Shown piece by piece: positions 20,772 through 30,014 of a stretch of DNA of 64,000 nucleotides. The notes beneath the pieces are model-generated. The model did no database searches and had not been told where the DNA came from. It saw nothing but the letters and a program-made list of their open reading frames with translations. Where the stretch lies: IMG/VR virus record IMGVR_UViG_3300020576_007701. The stretch is one strand, 5' to 3'. The stretch comes from a virus (taxonomy: Duplodnaviria; Caudoviricetes). Made by a program: the position numbers and the translations under genes. Position 1 is the first letter of the stretch; each line of letters starts with the position of its first letter.

Positions 20772-21641
20772 TTATGTAGACATTTTGTTTGATTTTATTA
20801 TGTTTGTCAATGACTCTAAAGGTTGAAAATTTGTGTAATGATTCAATTTGATAAGTTCTTCTGATGTTGTTGCAGAACTAACTGGGATAATATGATCTAA
20901 TTGCCACGTTATCTCTCCACCTGGAACGTATTTACCATGATTATTCCAATTCATCCAAGACTCAAACTTATTCTCTATATAAGATTTAAATTCTTTTGCA
21001 GAACATCCCAATATTTTGAACGTCTTTGAATTTTTTTTATAATCCTTTGCTTTAAATGAACTAAAAATTAAACTTCTAATAACACATTCAAGTTTAAACA
21101 ACGTATCTATCTTTTTTCTTGCATTTCTTTTTATATTCTTTATCTGTTTATACGCTGCGTTGTTATCTTTTACTTTATTAGGATTCTCTTTTCTATACTG
21201 CTTTTGATACTCTTTTATTTCTTGCGCATGCTTGTTGTAATAAACCTTTTTCTTTTTTAAAATTCTTTTTTTGTTTTTATCAACTGATTTTTTATGTTGC
21301 TGTTTGACCTTATCTATATTTTTTAAAACATATTCTTTTTTTCTAGATAAAATTTCTGTTTTTTGTGTTTCATATTTTTCCTTTCTTAATTCTTTTGATT
21401 TTAAATAATATTTTCTTTGAAGATTTTTCATCAATTGTTTTTGAAGTTTCTGTTTTTTCTCCTTTTTTAAGTCTAAAATCTTACCATTGCACTCTTTACA
21501 AGAAGCCTTGGGTCGATGCCACCACAAATAATTAAATTCTTCCCTGGTTTTTTTAATTTTACATTTATTACAAACCTTAAAATAAGCGTGGTTCTCAAAG
21601 TTTTCGTCTAGGTTATTACCAATATTATCTAGGATTCCCAT
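20772..21641 (-). CDS. HNH homing endonuclease whose first 20 aa copy the gp15-like N-terminus
   Basis: CxxC..CxxC, ILGCS..F..YIE, WQLDHIIP, NHYTNFQPL..N; start moved to ATG 21641, which has the TATTTAT motif upstream. Confidence 0.8.
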   Translation of the reverse strand: MGILDNIGNNLDENFENHAYFKVCNKCKIKKTREEFNYLWWHRPKASCKECNGKILDLKKEKKQKLQKQLMKNLQRKYYLKSKELRKEKYETQKTEILSRKKEYVLKNIDKVKQQHKKSVDKNKKRILKKKKVYYNKHAQEIKEYQKQYRKENPNKVKDNNAAYKQIKNIKRNARKKIDTLFKLECVIRSLIFSSFKAKDYKKNSKTFKILGCSAKEFKSYIENKFESWMNWNNHGKYVPGGEITWQLDHIIPVSSATTSEELIKLNHYTNFQPLESLTNIIKSNKMST

Positions 21642-21668
21642 TCTTTTTTTAATAAATAGAAATAAAAA

Positions 21669-21700
21669 TTTGGCATTTGTTAATTTTGTTTGTATATTTG
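21669..21700 (+). promoter_or_regulatory. Bacteroidota-type primary sigma promoter pointing into a non-coding region
   Basis: TTTG (21669-72), 20-nt spacer, TATATTTG (21693-700): exact -33/-7 consensus. Confidence 0.65.
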
Positions 21701-21704
21701 CCAC

Positions 21705-22110
21705 AGCTTGTTTCATTTACACGAACTGTTTTCTTCTGGGCGTTGATTTCAGAGGTAAATGTTGTTATACGGTTAAGGCAATATATCGCTCAACAGTAAA
21801 AACAAAAAAAGACACACTAGCCCTCTAATTCCAATTACAGTTAATTTTTTTAATTGTAATTTTTCTACCTCTGCTGGCAGCAGACTTGTGCTTAATCTCA
21901 CAAGCAGCCACTCATGTAGACGTAATTTTTTAAGGAGAAATCTATAAAAAAATTACGGGGGGGATTAGGGGGGGCGTTGATTTTTGTAGTTTGTTCCCTA
22001 GTACAGCAATATATCTTACTAAAATAAATGTACAGTAACTAGAGTATAGTTACTATAATAGGGGATTACTATGCAAAATATATTTTTTGTTCACTTGATA
22101 GTAAGTGCCT
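21705..22110 (+). ncRNA. Candidate structured non-coding RNA (or replication/packaging element)
   Basis: ~400 nt without a long ORF, at least 6 hairpins, two copies of GGGCGTTGATTT..GCAATATATC..ACAGTAA, promoter upstream; ends approximate. Confidence 0.4.
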
Positions 22111-22116
22111 TTATAA

Positions 22117-22683
22117 CTAACGTCCTTTGAAAATATCTTCATCAACCTCTACAGCTTCTATAGTGATAAAGAATCTTCTATCACCAGCCCATGAGAATTC
22201 ATTTGAAATTTGTGAGTAACCATCATTTATTATTTTATAGAATTGCCCTTTATAACCTATAAAATGGCCCATCTTTATTCCAGATACAATTATATTTGTG
22301 TTTTCTCTCTTTTCAATCAACCCTAATTCTTCAAGATGAGATAAATAAACATGAGCAGTAAGATTGCCCATACCCTTTTTTTCTATACCACCTTTAAACA
22401 TAACTTCAGGAGCTTTTACTTCAACATTAATTCTTCCATAAATTTGAACTTCTGGAAGAAATACTTTTTTCTTTGCTTGACCATAAAAGTCAGTCTGGGT
22501 TTTTACAAGATCTATTCTATAAAGTAAGAAGAATTCGCTTACAATTTTTTCTGTTATTTCTCTACCAGCAGACATAAAAAAATCAGCTTCTTTTCCAGTA
22601 AAGAACATGCCGATACCTTCTGGTTTAGCCTCAGCGTTATTCATCCCTTCTGGACGATTTCCTATTTCGTTTAAATCTGCCAT
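22117..22683 (-). CDS. Neck/head-closure protein, T4 gp14-like
   Basis: Position after gp13-like gene; LYRID..DFYG, GHFIGY.GQFYKI pattern. Confidence 0.6.
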   Translation of the reverse strand: MADLNEIGNRPEGMNNAEAKPEGIGMFFTGKEADFFMSAGREITEKIVSEFFLLYRIDLVKTQTDFYGQAKKKVFLPEVQIYGRINVEVKAPEVMFKGGIEKKGMGNLTAHVYLSHLEELGLIEKRENTNIIVSGIKMGHFIGYKGQFYKIINDGYSQISNEFSWAGDRRFFITIEAVEVDEDIFKGR

Positions 22684-22685
22684 TT

Positions 22686-23873
22686 TTAAAATACACTAAT
22701 TCCAAGTGGTCCAAATCCAAGATTTTTATTTATAGATTCTTGAACACTTGCTCTTCTTTCCATTATTTTGTCGTAACTTAATTCTTTAAGTTGATCTCTT
22801 AATTCTGCAATTAATTTTTCTTGATCGTCTCTTCCAGTGGTGATAAGGTCATCTTTATTTAAAGATAATTCAGCGCCAGGTATTGGAAGTGTACCATTAA
22901 ATTTTCCTCTTATGTATCCAAGATTTTCTTTTGAAAGCGCCAAAGCAAATCTTTTTACCCATCTTTGCGCCACAGAGTTAAGTTGATTAAAACTTATAAA
23001 ATTTAATTGTGCATCTGCAGGACTTGATACCAAACCATTTCCCTGAAAACTTAAAGCAGCTTGTGATTCTGTAACCCCAGTATATCCTGGGTTTGCAGAG
23101 TATCCACTATATTCCGAATTACCATAAGAAGAAGCTCTATCATAATATGTATAAAACATTGTACCAGGAGTACCAACAACGCCAAATCCACTTCCAGAAT
23201 TTGCATTATTAGGATATGGAACAGGAAATAATTTTAAAACTTTTGTTCCTTCTGGACCACCTCTTAAAATATAAGAATATTCATTTCCTCTAACTCTGTT
23301 TCTTAATTCCGCAGCTTGAGCTGTAAGTAAAGTATTAAACACAGGTAATACACTAATCATTGAATTTCCAAGATAAGAACCTTGAAATTCTGTTACTGCT
23401 AAAACATCTGTATTGAATGGATCTAAACCTGTAATATTTACGAAGCTAGGAGTAAACCATAAAACTTCATTCACTTCTCTTCCTGCTGGTATTGTATAAT
23501 CTTGTGTTCCAGCGGTAAGTACTATTGAATCTTTTTTTAATTCTCTATTTGAGTTTACACCACCGCCAACTTGTTCTCCATATGTAGATACTTGTGCTTT
23601 TTCAAAATAAAGGCTGTTTGAAATATATTTTAATGTGAAATCTATTTCCGAAGGAAGACCAAGCATTTCACCTAATCTATTTTCCATAACCCAGTTATTA
23701 ACCATGGAAGAATATTCCTCTATAGCAATACAAATATTATCTTCTATCTGTTCGTCTAGAAGTTCTACTTGCAATACAGGCTCACCCAAGAATCTTCTTA
23801 TTCTATTCTTAAGTTTGGTCTGTTCGTAAACAGTCATTCCAGTTAAACATCCATCTCCGCAAAATATGCCCAT
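22686..23873 (-). CDS. Neck protein, T4 gp13-like
   Basis: RRFLGEPVLQVEL.DEQI and WVKRFALALSKENLGYIRGKF..IPG..LN motifs. Confidence 0.85.
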   Translation of the reverse strand: MGIFCGDGCLTGMTVYEQTKLKNRIRRFLGEPVLQVELLDEQIEDNICIAIEEYSSMVNNWVMENRLGEMLGLPSEIDFTLKYISNSLYFEKAQVSTYGEQVGGGVNSNRELKKDSIVLTAGTQDYTIPAGREVNEVLWFTPSFVNITGLDPFNTDVLAVTEFQGSYLGNSMISVLPVFNTLLTAQAAELRNRVRGNEYSYILRGGPEGTKVLKLFPVPYPNNANSGSGFGVVGTPGTMFYTYYDRASSYGNSEYSGYSANPGYTGVTESQAALSFQGNGLVSSPADAQLNFISFNQLNSVAQRWVKRFALALSKENLGYIRGKFNGTLPIPGAELSLNKDDLITTGRDDQEKLIAELRDQLKELSYDKIMERRASVQESINKNLGFGPLGISVF

Positions 23874-23885
23874 TATTTTAAATTA

Positions 23886-24182
23886 TTAAAGGTTACTACC
23901 CCAACCTATTGCACCAATTCCAGGGTTTTGAAACATTGGTTTTAAAGCAGCATATGTTCCAGTTATCGCACTACAAGACCCAACTAAAACATCAACGGTT
24001 TGTCCAGCAGTTAATGCAAATGTGGCTGTTCCACCGCCATAAGCATTAATTATTATTGAACCAGCTGTAAGACATTGTATTTGATTTACACAAGTTCCAG
24101 TTAAACCATTTCCAAGAGCATTACCAGTGTATAATGTTCCTGAAGATATTGGTATTATTGTTGAGTTTACATTATTGGCCAT
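23886..24182 (-). CDS. Small Gly/Thr-rich putative virion (decoration-like) protein
   Basis: Start reassigned to ATG 24182 (MANNVNS) with TATTTAT at 24196-24202. Confidence 0.6.
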   Translation of the reverse strand: MANNVNSTIIPISSGTLYTGNALGNGLTGTCVNQIQCLTAGSIIINAYGGGTATFALTAGQTVDVLVGSCSAITGTYAALKPMFQNPGIGAIGWGSNL

Positions 24183-24204
24183 GATATTTTTGTTTATAAA
24201 TATG

Positions 24205-24867
24205 TTAGAAAATTGATTCGAGCTTCTCTTTTTTAATAAAAAAAACAAGCTTGTAAATATTTTCAAGAACCAATAACAATGATTGTTTTTCTTCTACATC
24301 ATAAGCTTCTTGTGAAATAAATTCTTTTAATTCTTCATCTGAGTTTAAACCTTTAATTTTTTCATATATCTCTTTAAGCTCATCAAAATGCGGGTCTTTA
24401 ACTTTTTGTAATAGACCAATATTTTTTTTAAGTAACTTAAACATATAAATTAAATCTTTATCAAATTGAGATCTATTATCATCAACAAAATTTTCTATAG
24501 CGAGATTTGGATTATTTTTTAGTTTCTCATTTAAAGTTTGAACCATTAATTCGTAGCTATCAAAAGGTCCAAAAGAGTGTTCGTATTCTTTACCCTTGGC
24601 GCTAGTAAATTCTTTACTTATCTTTTTCCAATAAACAAATACTTTAGCAGTCCAAGTTTTTATTTTTTTATCTTTTTCAATGAAAAATCTAAATATGTAA
24701 TTTTTAGCTTTATGTTCAAGAGCCCAGACATCAGCCCTATCGCCTTCTTTTTTATTAATTAATTTAAAACCAGACAAATATGTTATATCTTGATCAAATT
24801 TATCAGCTATAACTTGCTTATTTATAGCGGTTTCTAAGGTTTCTCGTATGATTTTTCTAAGATTCAC
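24205..24867 (-). CDS. Hypothetical late protein with N-terminal LRKIIRE motif
   Basis: 220-aa ORF, GTG start, TATTTAT upstream. Confidence 0.6.
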   Translation of the reverse strand: MNLRKIIRETLETAINKQVIADKFDQDITYLSGFKLINKKEGDRADVWALEHKAKNYIFRFFIEKDKKIKTWTAKVFVYWKKISKEFTSAKGKEYEHSFGPFDSYELMVQTLNEKLKNNPNLAIENFVDDNRSQFDKDLIYMFKLLKKNIGLLQKVKDPHFDELKEIYEKIKGLNSDEELKEFISQEAYDVEEKQSLLLVLENIYKLVFFIKKEKLESIF

Positions 24868-24898
24868 TTTCTTAATAAATAACTGAAAAAAAGGGTAA

Positions 24899-24930
24899 TT
24901 TGTAAGTCTGGGTTTTTTGTTGTAATTTTA
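24899..24930 (+). promoter_or_regulatory. Host-type promoter for the HD-apt operon
   Basis: TTTG-N20-TAATTTTA. Confidence 0.5.
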
Positions 24931-24948
24931 TATTAAATAAATTAAACG

Positions 24949-25482
24949 ATGACAATAGAAGATATGAAAGTTTGCCCAAATGGATTGCTAACACATTCAA
25001 AGGTTATTTTTGATGTTTTAAATCCAAGTGCAAAAGACTTAAGAATGTCAGATATAGCACACGCTCTTTCAAATTTATGTCGATATGGCGGCCATTCTCC
25101 AGAATTTTATTCAGTGGCCCAACATGCAGTTCTTTGTTCCTATTTTACAGGTACAGCTACACAAAAATTAAAATATTTGCATCATGACGACTCTGAAGGG
25201 TATTTAGTTGATATGCCTCGTCCAATTAAAAAAAATTTAAAAGAATACAACATAATTGAAGAACGTCTTCAAGCTGTTATTTTTCCATGGTTAGGATTAG
25301 AATACCCTTACACAAATGATATACATATTGTTGATGATGCTATGCTTCACATGGAATACAAAGCTTTTTATGGCGATGATGAATGTGATCCTAATTTTGA
25401 ATTTTGGACACCAAAAGAAGCTAAAGCAAAATTTTTAGCTAGACACGAAGAATTAATAAAAGAATTATTGAATGAAAATTAA
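24949..25482 (+). CDS. HD-domain phosphohydrolase (YfbR/YfdR-like 5'-deoxynucleotidase)
   Basis: DIAHALSNLCRYGGH, YSVAQH, HD..EGYLVD.PRPIK. Confidence 0.85.
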   Translation: MTIEDMKVCPNGLLTHSKVIFDVLNPSAKDLRMSDIAHALSNLCRYGGHSPEFYSVAQHAVLCSYFTGTATQKLKYLHHDDSEGYLVDMPRPIKKNLKEYNIIEERLQAVIFPWLGLEYPYTNDIHIVDDAMLHMEYKAFYGDDECDPNFEFWTPKEAKAKFLARHEELIKELLNEN

Positions 25483-25651
25483 AGATTTTTTATCGGCGGC
25501 GTATTATTTATGCATTTTTTTGATTGCTATTCTAATTTGTGGTTTAGTTTTATATGCAATAATTAAATTGTTTTTATTTAGCATTGCAATGGTTATAGCT
25601 GTAATAGGCTCTTTATTTGCTATTGCGATAATTCTTTCAGATTATAAATAA
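25472..25651 (+). CDS. 59-aa membrane protein with two hydrophobic segments (not in ORF track)
   Basis: MKIKDFLSAAYYLCIFLIAILICGLVLYAIIKLFLFSIAMVIAVIGSLFAIAIILSDYK; fills the operon gap. Confidence 0.65.
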   Translation: MKIKDFLSAAYYLCIFLIAILICGLVLYAIIKLFLFSIAMVIAVIGSLFAIAIILSDYK

Positions 25652-25657
25652 AAAAAT

Positions 25658-25936
25658 ATGAATATTTTTTGTAGTGATAATATGTTAATTGGTTCAAATA
25701 CTGCAAATGATGCAAGTATAAAACATGATTTTTTAAGAGTGTCTGAATTTTATCTATTATATCCAAATACTCAAGAGGTGAGAGAAAAAATATATCGTGA
25801 ATATTTTAATTTTTTTACTAAATGGGATCTTAATGATTTACAATATAATATTGTCAAAAAAGATGATCATTGTTTGGAATTTAAACCCGTTAGAAAAATA
25901 GATGAATTGGCTATATTAGGAATATTAAACTCATAA
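25658..25936 (+). CDS. Small protein resembling the tail-sheath C-terminal domain
   Basis: VSEFYLLYPNTQEVREKI and LEFKPVRKIDE echo sheath ASLTLVFEQNDQTLRNQF and ILLKPTRTAE. Confidence 0.45.
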   Translation: MNIFCSDNMLIGSNTANDASIKHDFLRVSEFYLLYPNTQEVREKIYREYFNFFTKWDLNDLQYNIVKKDDHCLEFKPVRKIDELAILGILNS

Positions 25937-25939
25937 AAA

Positions 25940-26473
25940 ATGCAAACTTGTAAAGAAGAATTAAAATCAACTGTTAGAGATGTAGCAGACTTTCCAAAGC
26001 CTGGAATACTGTTTAAAGACATCACACCAGTGTTAGCAAATGCTGACCTTTGTTCAAAGATTGTATATGAAATTTCTAATAGTTTATCAAATACAAAAAT
26101 TGATGCCGTAGCTGGAATAGAAAGTCGTGGATTCTTTTTTGGGTTTCTTTTGGCAAATAGACTAGGTGTACCATTTATTCCAATCAGAAAGCCTGGAAAA
26201 CTGCCTTTTAAGACGGTTTCAATTGAATATGACCTTGAGTATGGCTCATCTAAAATTGAGATGAATGCGGACGCTATTTCGACTGATATGAACGTTCTTA
26301 TTCATGATGATCTTCTTGCAACTGGTGGAACCGCTGCAGCTGCTGCAGAACTTATTAAGAGTGTTGGCGGAAATGTATCTGGCTTTTGTTTTATAATAGG
26401 CCTTAAAAATCTTGGTGGCGAAGAAAAACTCAAAAAATATTCAGATAATATTTTAAATTTTATAGAGGCATAA
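25940..26473 (+). CDS. apt: Adenine phosphoribosyltransferase
   Basis: DFPKPGILFKDITP, IESRGF, RKPGKLP, YDLEYG, HDDLLATGGT PRPP loop. Confidence 0.95.
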   Translation: MQTCKEELKSTVRDVADFPKPGILFKDITPVLANADLCSKIVYEISNSLSNTKIDAVAGIESRGFFFGFLLANRLGVPFIPIRKPGKLPFKTVSIEYDLEYGSSKIEMNADAISTDMNVLIHDDLLATGGTAAAAAELIKSVGGNVSGFCFIIGLKNLGGEEKLKKYSDNILNFIEA

Positions 26474-26730
26474 TGGAAAAATTTGAAATAAATGAAGAAG
26501 GCATTATTGATGTAAAAAGATTTTATTTTCCTTTAATAATTAATTTGAAATGTCCTCATTGCCAAAGTGAAGTTACAAGAGATTTTTCTGATCACTATCT
26601 TTCTTACCCAAAATTAAATAAAAAAATAACAGAAGGTTTTTATTGTAAATCTTGTGATAAAGAATTCGAAGCAGATATGTTTTTACGTATCTCCATAGAT
26701 GTAGACTCTGATAATCTTAGAAAAATATAG
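26473..26730 (+). CDS. Small Zn-ribbon protein
   Basis: CPHC ... CKSC. Confidence 0.65.
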   Translation: MEKFEINEEGIIDVKRFYFPLIINLKCPHCQSEVTRDFSDHYLSYPKLNKKITEGFYCKSCDKEFEADMFLRISIDVDSDNLRKI

Positions 26731-26733
26731 AAC

Positions 26734-26770
26734 AAAAAAAAGGGCTCCTTTTTTGAGGGAGCCCTTTTTT
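26734..26770. terminator. Bidirectional terminator between apt operon and MCP
   Basis: A-run GGGCTCC...GGAGCCC T-run between convergent genes. Confidence 0.8.
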
Positions 26771-26792
26771 GGTAGGTTATCTACACTTATGA

Positions 26793-28451
26793 TTAGTAAG
26801 TGTTGATGTTGTCGATGTAAATAACACCGTAGAATCTGTTGTTAACCATTTTCTTAGCGTAACGAGTCATGATACCTTTTCTTGGTGTGAAATCGTTAGC
26901 GTCGTAGATAGTTTGAGTCAACTGAAGAGGAATATAAGGTGCATAGATGTAACCAGCCTCAAGGAAAGTATTTCCTTTGTGACCAACTAACACGATTGGA
27001 GCAGGCAAATAAGGGTCTTTGTAAACCACATATCTTGAACCTAAGTTACCAATTTTTTCTACACCTAAGTTGTATTTCTCTGACTCAGGTTGAGCTGAAC
27101 CATCAACGTGGAAGTATTCCAAGTCGTCGAAGATTGCTCCAGCCTCAGCTGAACATACAACCCAGTTAGCACCACCTCTAAGGGTTGCTTTGTGGATTTG
27201 AGCTGAAATCTCATTGATTCTTGTAATCAATGTTTGGTTCCAGTCTTTTTGAGTTCCAAAGAAGTTTGCGTTATTTGACAAACCTTTGTAATCCCATCTT
27301 GCTCTGAATGGAGCACCGTTGATAAGGTCGATTAAGATTTCTCTGTCGATCTCAGCTGCGATGTGCTCTGACAATAAAGCTGTTAATTCAGCTTCAGCGT
27401 CAATAGAGTGATAAGCTTCTAAATCTTGAGCTAATTCTGGAGTCCAGTGTGCTCTTAATTTTCTAGTAACAGTGTTAACAGTTACAGAAGAGAATCTGAT
27501 AGTGATCTCACCCATTTCTGATCTTGCTTCAAGGTCGTTGTAAACCTCGTATGCTGGCCAGATAGTTAAAGTGTAAGAGTTACCAAAAGTACCAGCACCG
27601 TTATTTAACATAAGAGGGTTGAAGTCAGTACCGTAGATACCATTTACACGAAGGTCAAGAACTGCGTCTAATTCGTTATTATCGAATTGGTCGTTAGTCC
27701 AAGTTTGAACTTGTGAGTAGAAAGGAATTCTACCACCTGCAGCAACTACTAATACGTTACCTGTTGCAGCTGAATAATAAATTGCAGTTACAGCAGACAA
27801 TCTAAGAGAAGCTGATGATTGTTGTTTAGAGATATTGAAACCTGCACCTAAAGTAAAGGTCTTGTTGAAGATACCACCTGTGAAAGATGACATAACAACA
27901 GTTGCAGAAGAACCTACTGCAGTCTCACCTGTACCAAATGATAAGTCGAAACCTCTATTGTTATAGAATCTTTCGTAAGCACTTGTAGATGCGAATGTAG
28001 GACCTGCTTGTCCGTTTGCTTGGTTATAAGGAGACTTCTTAGAGTAAGAAGTGTTTCCAGAGTTATCTGGATAGCTTGGATACGCTGGAGTAGCTTGAGT
28101 AGAATCAACACCGTTGAAAGATACTCTTGCATCCATGTAAAACAATAAACCTGAAGGTAAAGCCAAAGGCTGTACAGACACGATTTCGTTAGCTAATAAT
28201 CTAGAGAATACTCTTCTCACGATTGGGAACGCTACAGTATCAAATCTACCAGCAGCTGCGTCAAGAGTTACCTCATTTAACATAGACTGAGCTTGACTTT
28301 CTAAAAGTTGCGCAATGTTTGATTTTTTGATACCACGTAGGCCTTCAAGTAATCCTGAATCTCTCCAGTTGTTCACGATAGCATTTCTTTGCTCTGCTAA
28401 CGATTTGAAAACGGTTAGACCCACTTTTCCGCTATTTAATAATTCACCCAT
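26793..28451 (-). CDS. Major capsid protein, T4 gp23-like
   Basis: VSVQP...GLLFY, TRKLRAHWTPELAQDLEAYH, EIDREI, AGYIYAPYIPL, PRKGIMTRYA; probable cleavage site LNE at residue 60. Confidence 0.97.
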   Translation of the reverse strand: MGELLNSGKVGLTVFKSLAEQRNAIVNNWRDSGLLEGLRGIKKSNIAQLLESQAQSMLNEVTLDAAAGRFDTVAFPIVRRVFSRLLANEIVSVQPLALPSGLLFYMDARVSFNGVDSTQATPAYPSYPDNSGNTSYSKKSPYNQANGQAGPTFASTSAYERFYNNRGFDLSFGTGETAVGSSATVVMSSFTGGIFNKTFTLGAGFNISKQQSSASLRLSAVTAIYYSAATGNVLVVAAGGRIPFYSQVQTWTNDQFDNNELDAVLDLRVNGIYGTDFNPLMLNNGAGTFGNSYTLTIWPAYEVYNDLEARSEMGEITIRFSSVTVNTVTRKLRAHWTPELAQDLEAYHSIDAEAELTALLSEHIAAEIDREILIDLINGAPFRARWDYKGLSNNANFFGTQKDWNQTLITRINEISAQIHKATLRGGANWVVCSAEAGAIFDDLEYFHVDGSAQPESEKYNLGVEKIGNLGSRYVVYKDPYLPAPIVLVGHKGNTFLEAGYIYAPYIPLQLTQTIYDANDFTPRKGIMTRYAKKMVNNRFYGVIYIDNINTY

Positions 28452-28480
28452 TTTAATTTGTTTTTTTTTAATTGTTTGTT

Positions 28481-28487
28481 ATAAATA
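28481..28487 (-). promoter_or_regulatory. TATTTAT late-promoter-like motif upstream of MCP
   Basis: ATAAATA on + strand, about 30 nt from MCP ATG. Confidence 0.65.
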
Positions 28488-28536
28488 GTATGAAATTTTA
28501 TTTTTTATAAAAATTTCAAACTTTTTTTTATTTTTT

Positions 28537-29940
28537 TTAGTTTTCTTCTTCTGATTTACCAATTCCTGCAAGTTGTCTATTTCTTTTTGCCTCTGCACTT
28601 TCGTAAAGTGGCTCAGATGTACTCTTTGGTTTTGCTGTGTTAGTTCCCGCACTTTTTAATCTTTCAATTCCATTACCTTCAACTTTAATGTTGTTTTCTT
28701 TCATAATAGTTTTGAAAAGTTTAGAAGCCTCTTCGTGTGTCTTAGCGCTGTCGAATTGTTCGCATACTTTAATTTTTTCTTCTTTCGTTAATCCGCCATT
28801 TGTTAACACTTTGTTTACTAATACAAGTTTACCATTGAACAACTGCATTTCGTGAAACTGAGTTTTCAGTTTTGAGAAAGCTGTTTCGAAATCTTTTCTC
28901 TCTGTTTGTAGAGATTTGATTTCTTTTTTTAAACTATTGTTTTCCTTATTTAGCTCGTCTAATTTAGACTCGTTTTGAGCTTTATTTTCTTTTATAGCTA
29001 CAGGGCCATGATGACCACCGTTTGCTTTTAAATTATCCATTGACATTTGTCTTTGTCCAGTTCTTATTGCAGCAAATCCAACACCTCTTGTTTCATCAAC
29101 AACATTTTCGTCTTCATTTGCAATACCGTCGATTTCTAACATTTGGTCTTCCATTTCGTCAATGAAATTACCTTCTTCAAAATCTTCAATTTCAATTTCT
29201 TCTTCCATAGCTGGAGCCGCTGGGGCTGGAGCCGCTGGGGCCGCCGCTGCTGCTGGAGCTTCGTCGTCAATAACTTCAAAATCTTGATCAGTTCCTGATT
29301 CTGCACCTGGTTGTGTACCAGCTTCTGGGGCTGCGTTTCCACCAGCTTGTTGCATCATTAAATTTATTAATGTATCAAGTTTAGGAATTAAATCATCCAC
29401 AGTTGCAGGAGCTGCTTCTGGTGCAGCATCTGCTGCTGGCATTGCATCTGCAGTTGGAGCAGGTGCGGCTGCTGGTTCTGCTGCTGGTGCAACTGGCGCT
29501 GCATTAACATCATCTTCCATCATTTTATTTATTTCTTCCATATTTTGATTTTGAATTGTTTCTTCCATTGAAATGTTTGCAGTTTCTGGTAACCATTCTG
29601 ATTCACTTACGTCAATCGCATCTTCGTCATCAGAAACTTCAAATTCATCTTCGTTATCTTCAACATTAGTATTATCAATATCACTATCAATATTATCTAA
29701 GTCTCCTGTAATATTATCTTCTGTATCTACAACTTCACCATCTGTAGAAATTTCTACATTACCAGTTGAATCAATATTAATTGTAGTATCTTCATTCATT
29801 TTTTTATTGAAGAATTCTTTAAGAGTGTCTGCTACTTTTTCTTCTAAAGCTTCAGCAGCTTTTTCCTGAGAAAATTTTATAATTTCCTCATAGCTTTGTT
29901 TAGCTTCTTCTAATGCTGACTTATTTTTATTTTCGCTCAT
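28537..29940 (-). CDS. Prohead core/scaffolding protein (gp22-like)
   Basis: Very acidic, Ala/Pro linkers, C-terminal coiled coil ending R..QLAGI; between protease and MCP. Confidence 0.8.
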   Translation of the reverse strand: MSENKNKSALEEAKQSYEEIIKFSQEKAAEALEEKVADTLKEFFNKKMNEDTTINIDSTGNVEISTDGEVVDTEDNITGDLDNIDSDIDNTNVEDNEDEFEVSDDEDAIDVSESEWLPETANISMEETIQNQNMEEINKMMEDDVNAAPVAPAAEPAAAPAPTADAMPAADAAPEAAPATVDDLIPKLDTLINLMMQQAGGNAAPEAGTQPGAESGTDQDFEVIDDEAPAAAAAPAAPAPAAPAMEEEIEIEDFEEGNFIDEMEDQMLEIDGIANEDENVVDETRGVGFAAIRTGQRQMSMDNLKANGGHHGPVAIKENKAQNESKLDELNKENNSLKKEIKSLQTERKDFETAFSKLKTQFHEMQLFNGKLVLVNKVLTNGGLTKEEKIKVCEQFDSAKTHEEASKLFKTIMKENNIKVEGNGIERLKSAGTNTAKPKSTSEPLYESAEAKRNRQLAGIGKSEEEN

Positions 29941-30014
29941 TGTATGGTTGATTAACTCTTTAATTTTTAATAAATATTATAAAAATTCAAAAAAATGATT
30001 ATAACTGATGAATT

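Noticed and set aside
21642-21716. Longer N-termini in the ORF track (also at 24266, 35527, 37642, 41982, 56177, 62782)
   Set aside because: Extensions run through promoter motifs or neighbouring genes; downstream ATGs fit better.
24949-25482. DatZ / 2-aminoadenine DNA system
   Set aside because: An HD domain alone is not diagnostic; no PurZ or MazZ in the window.
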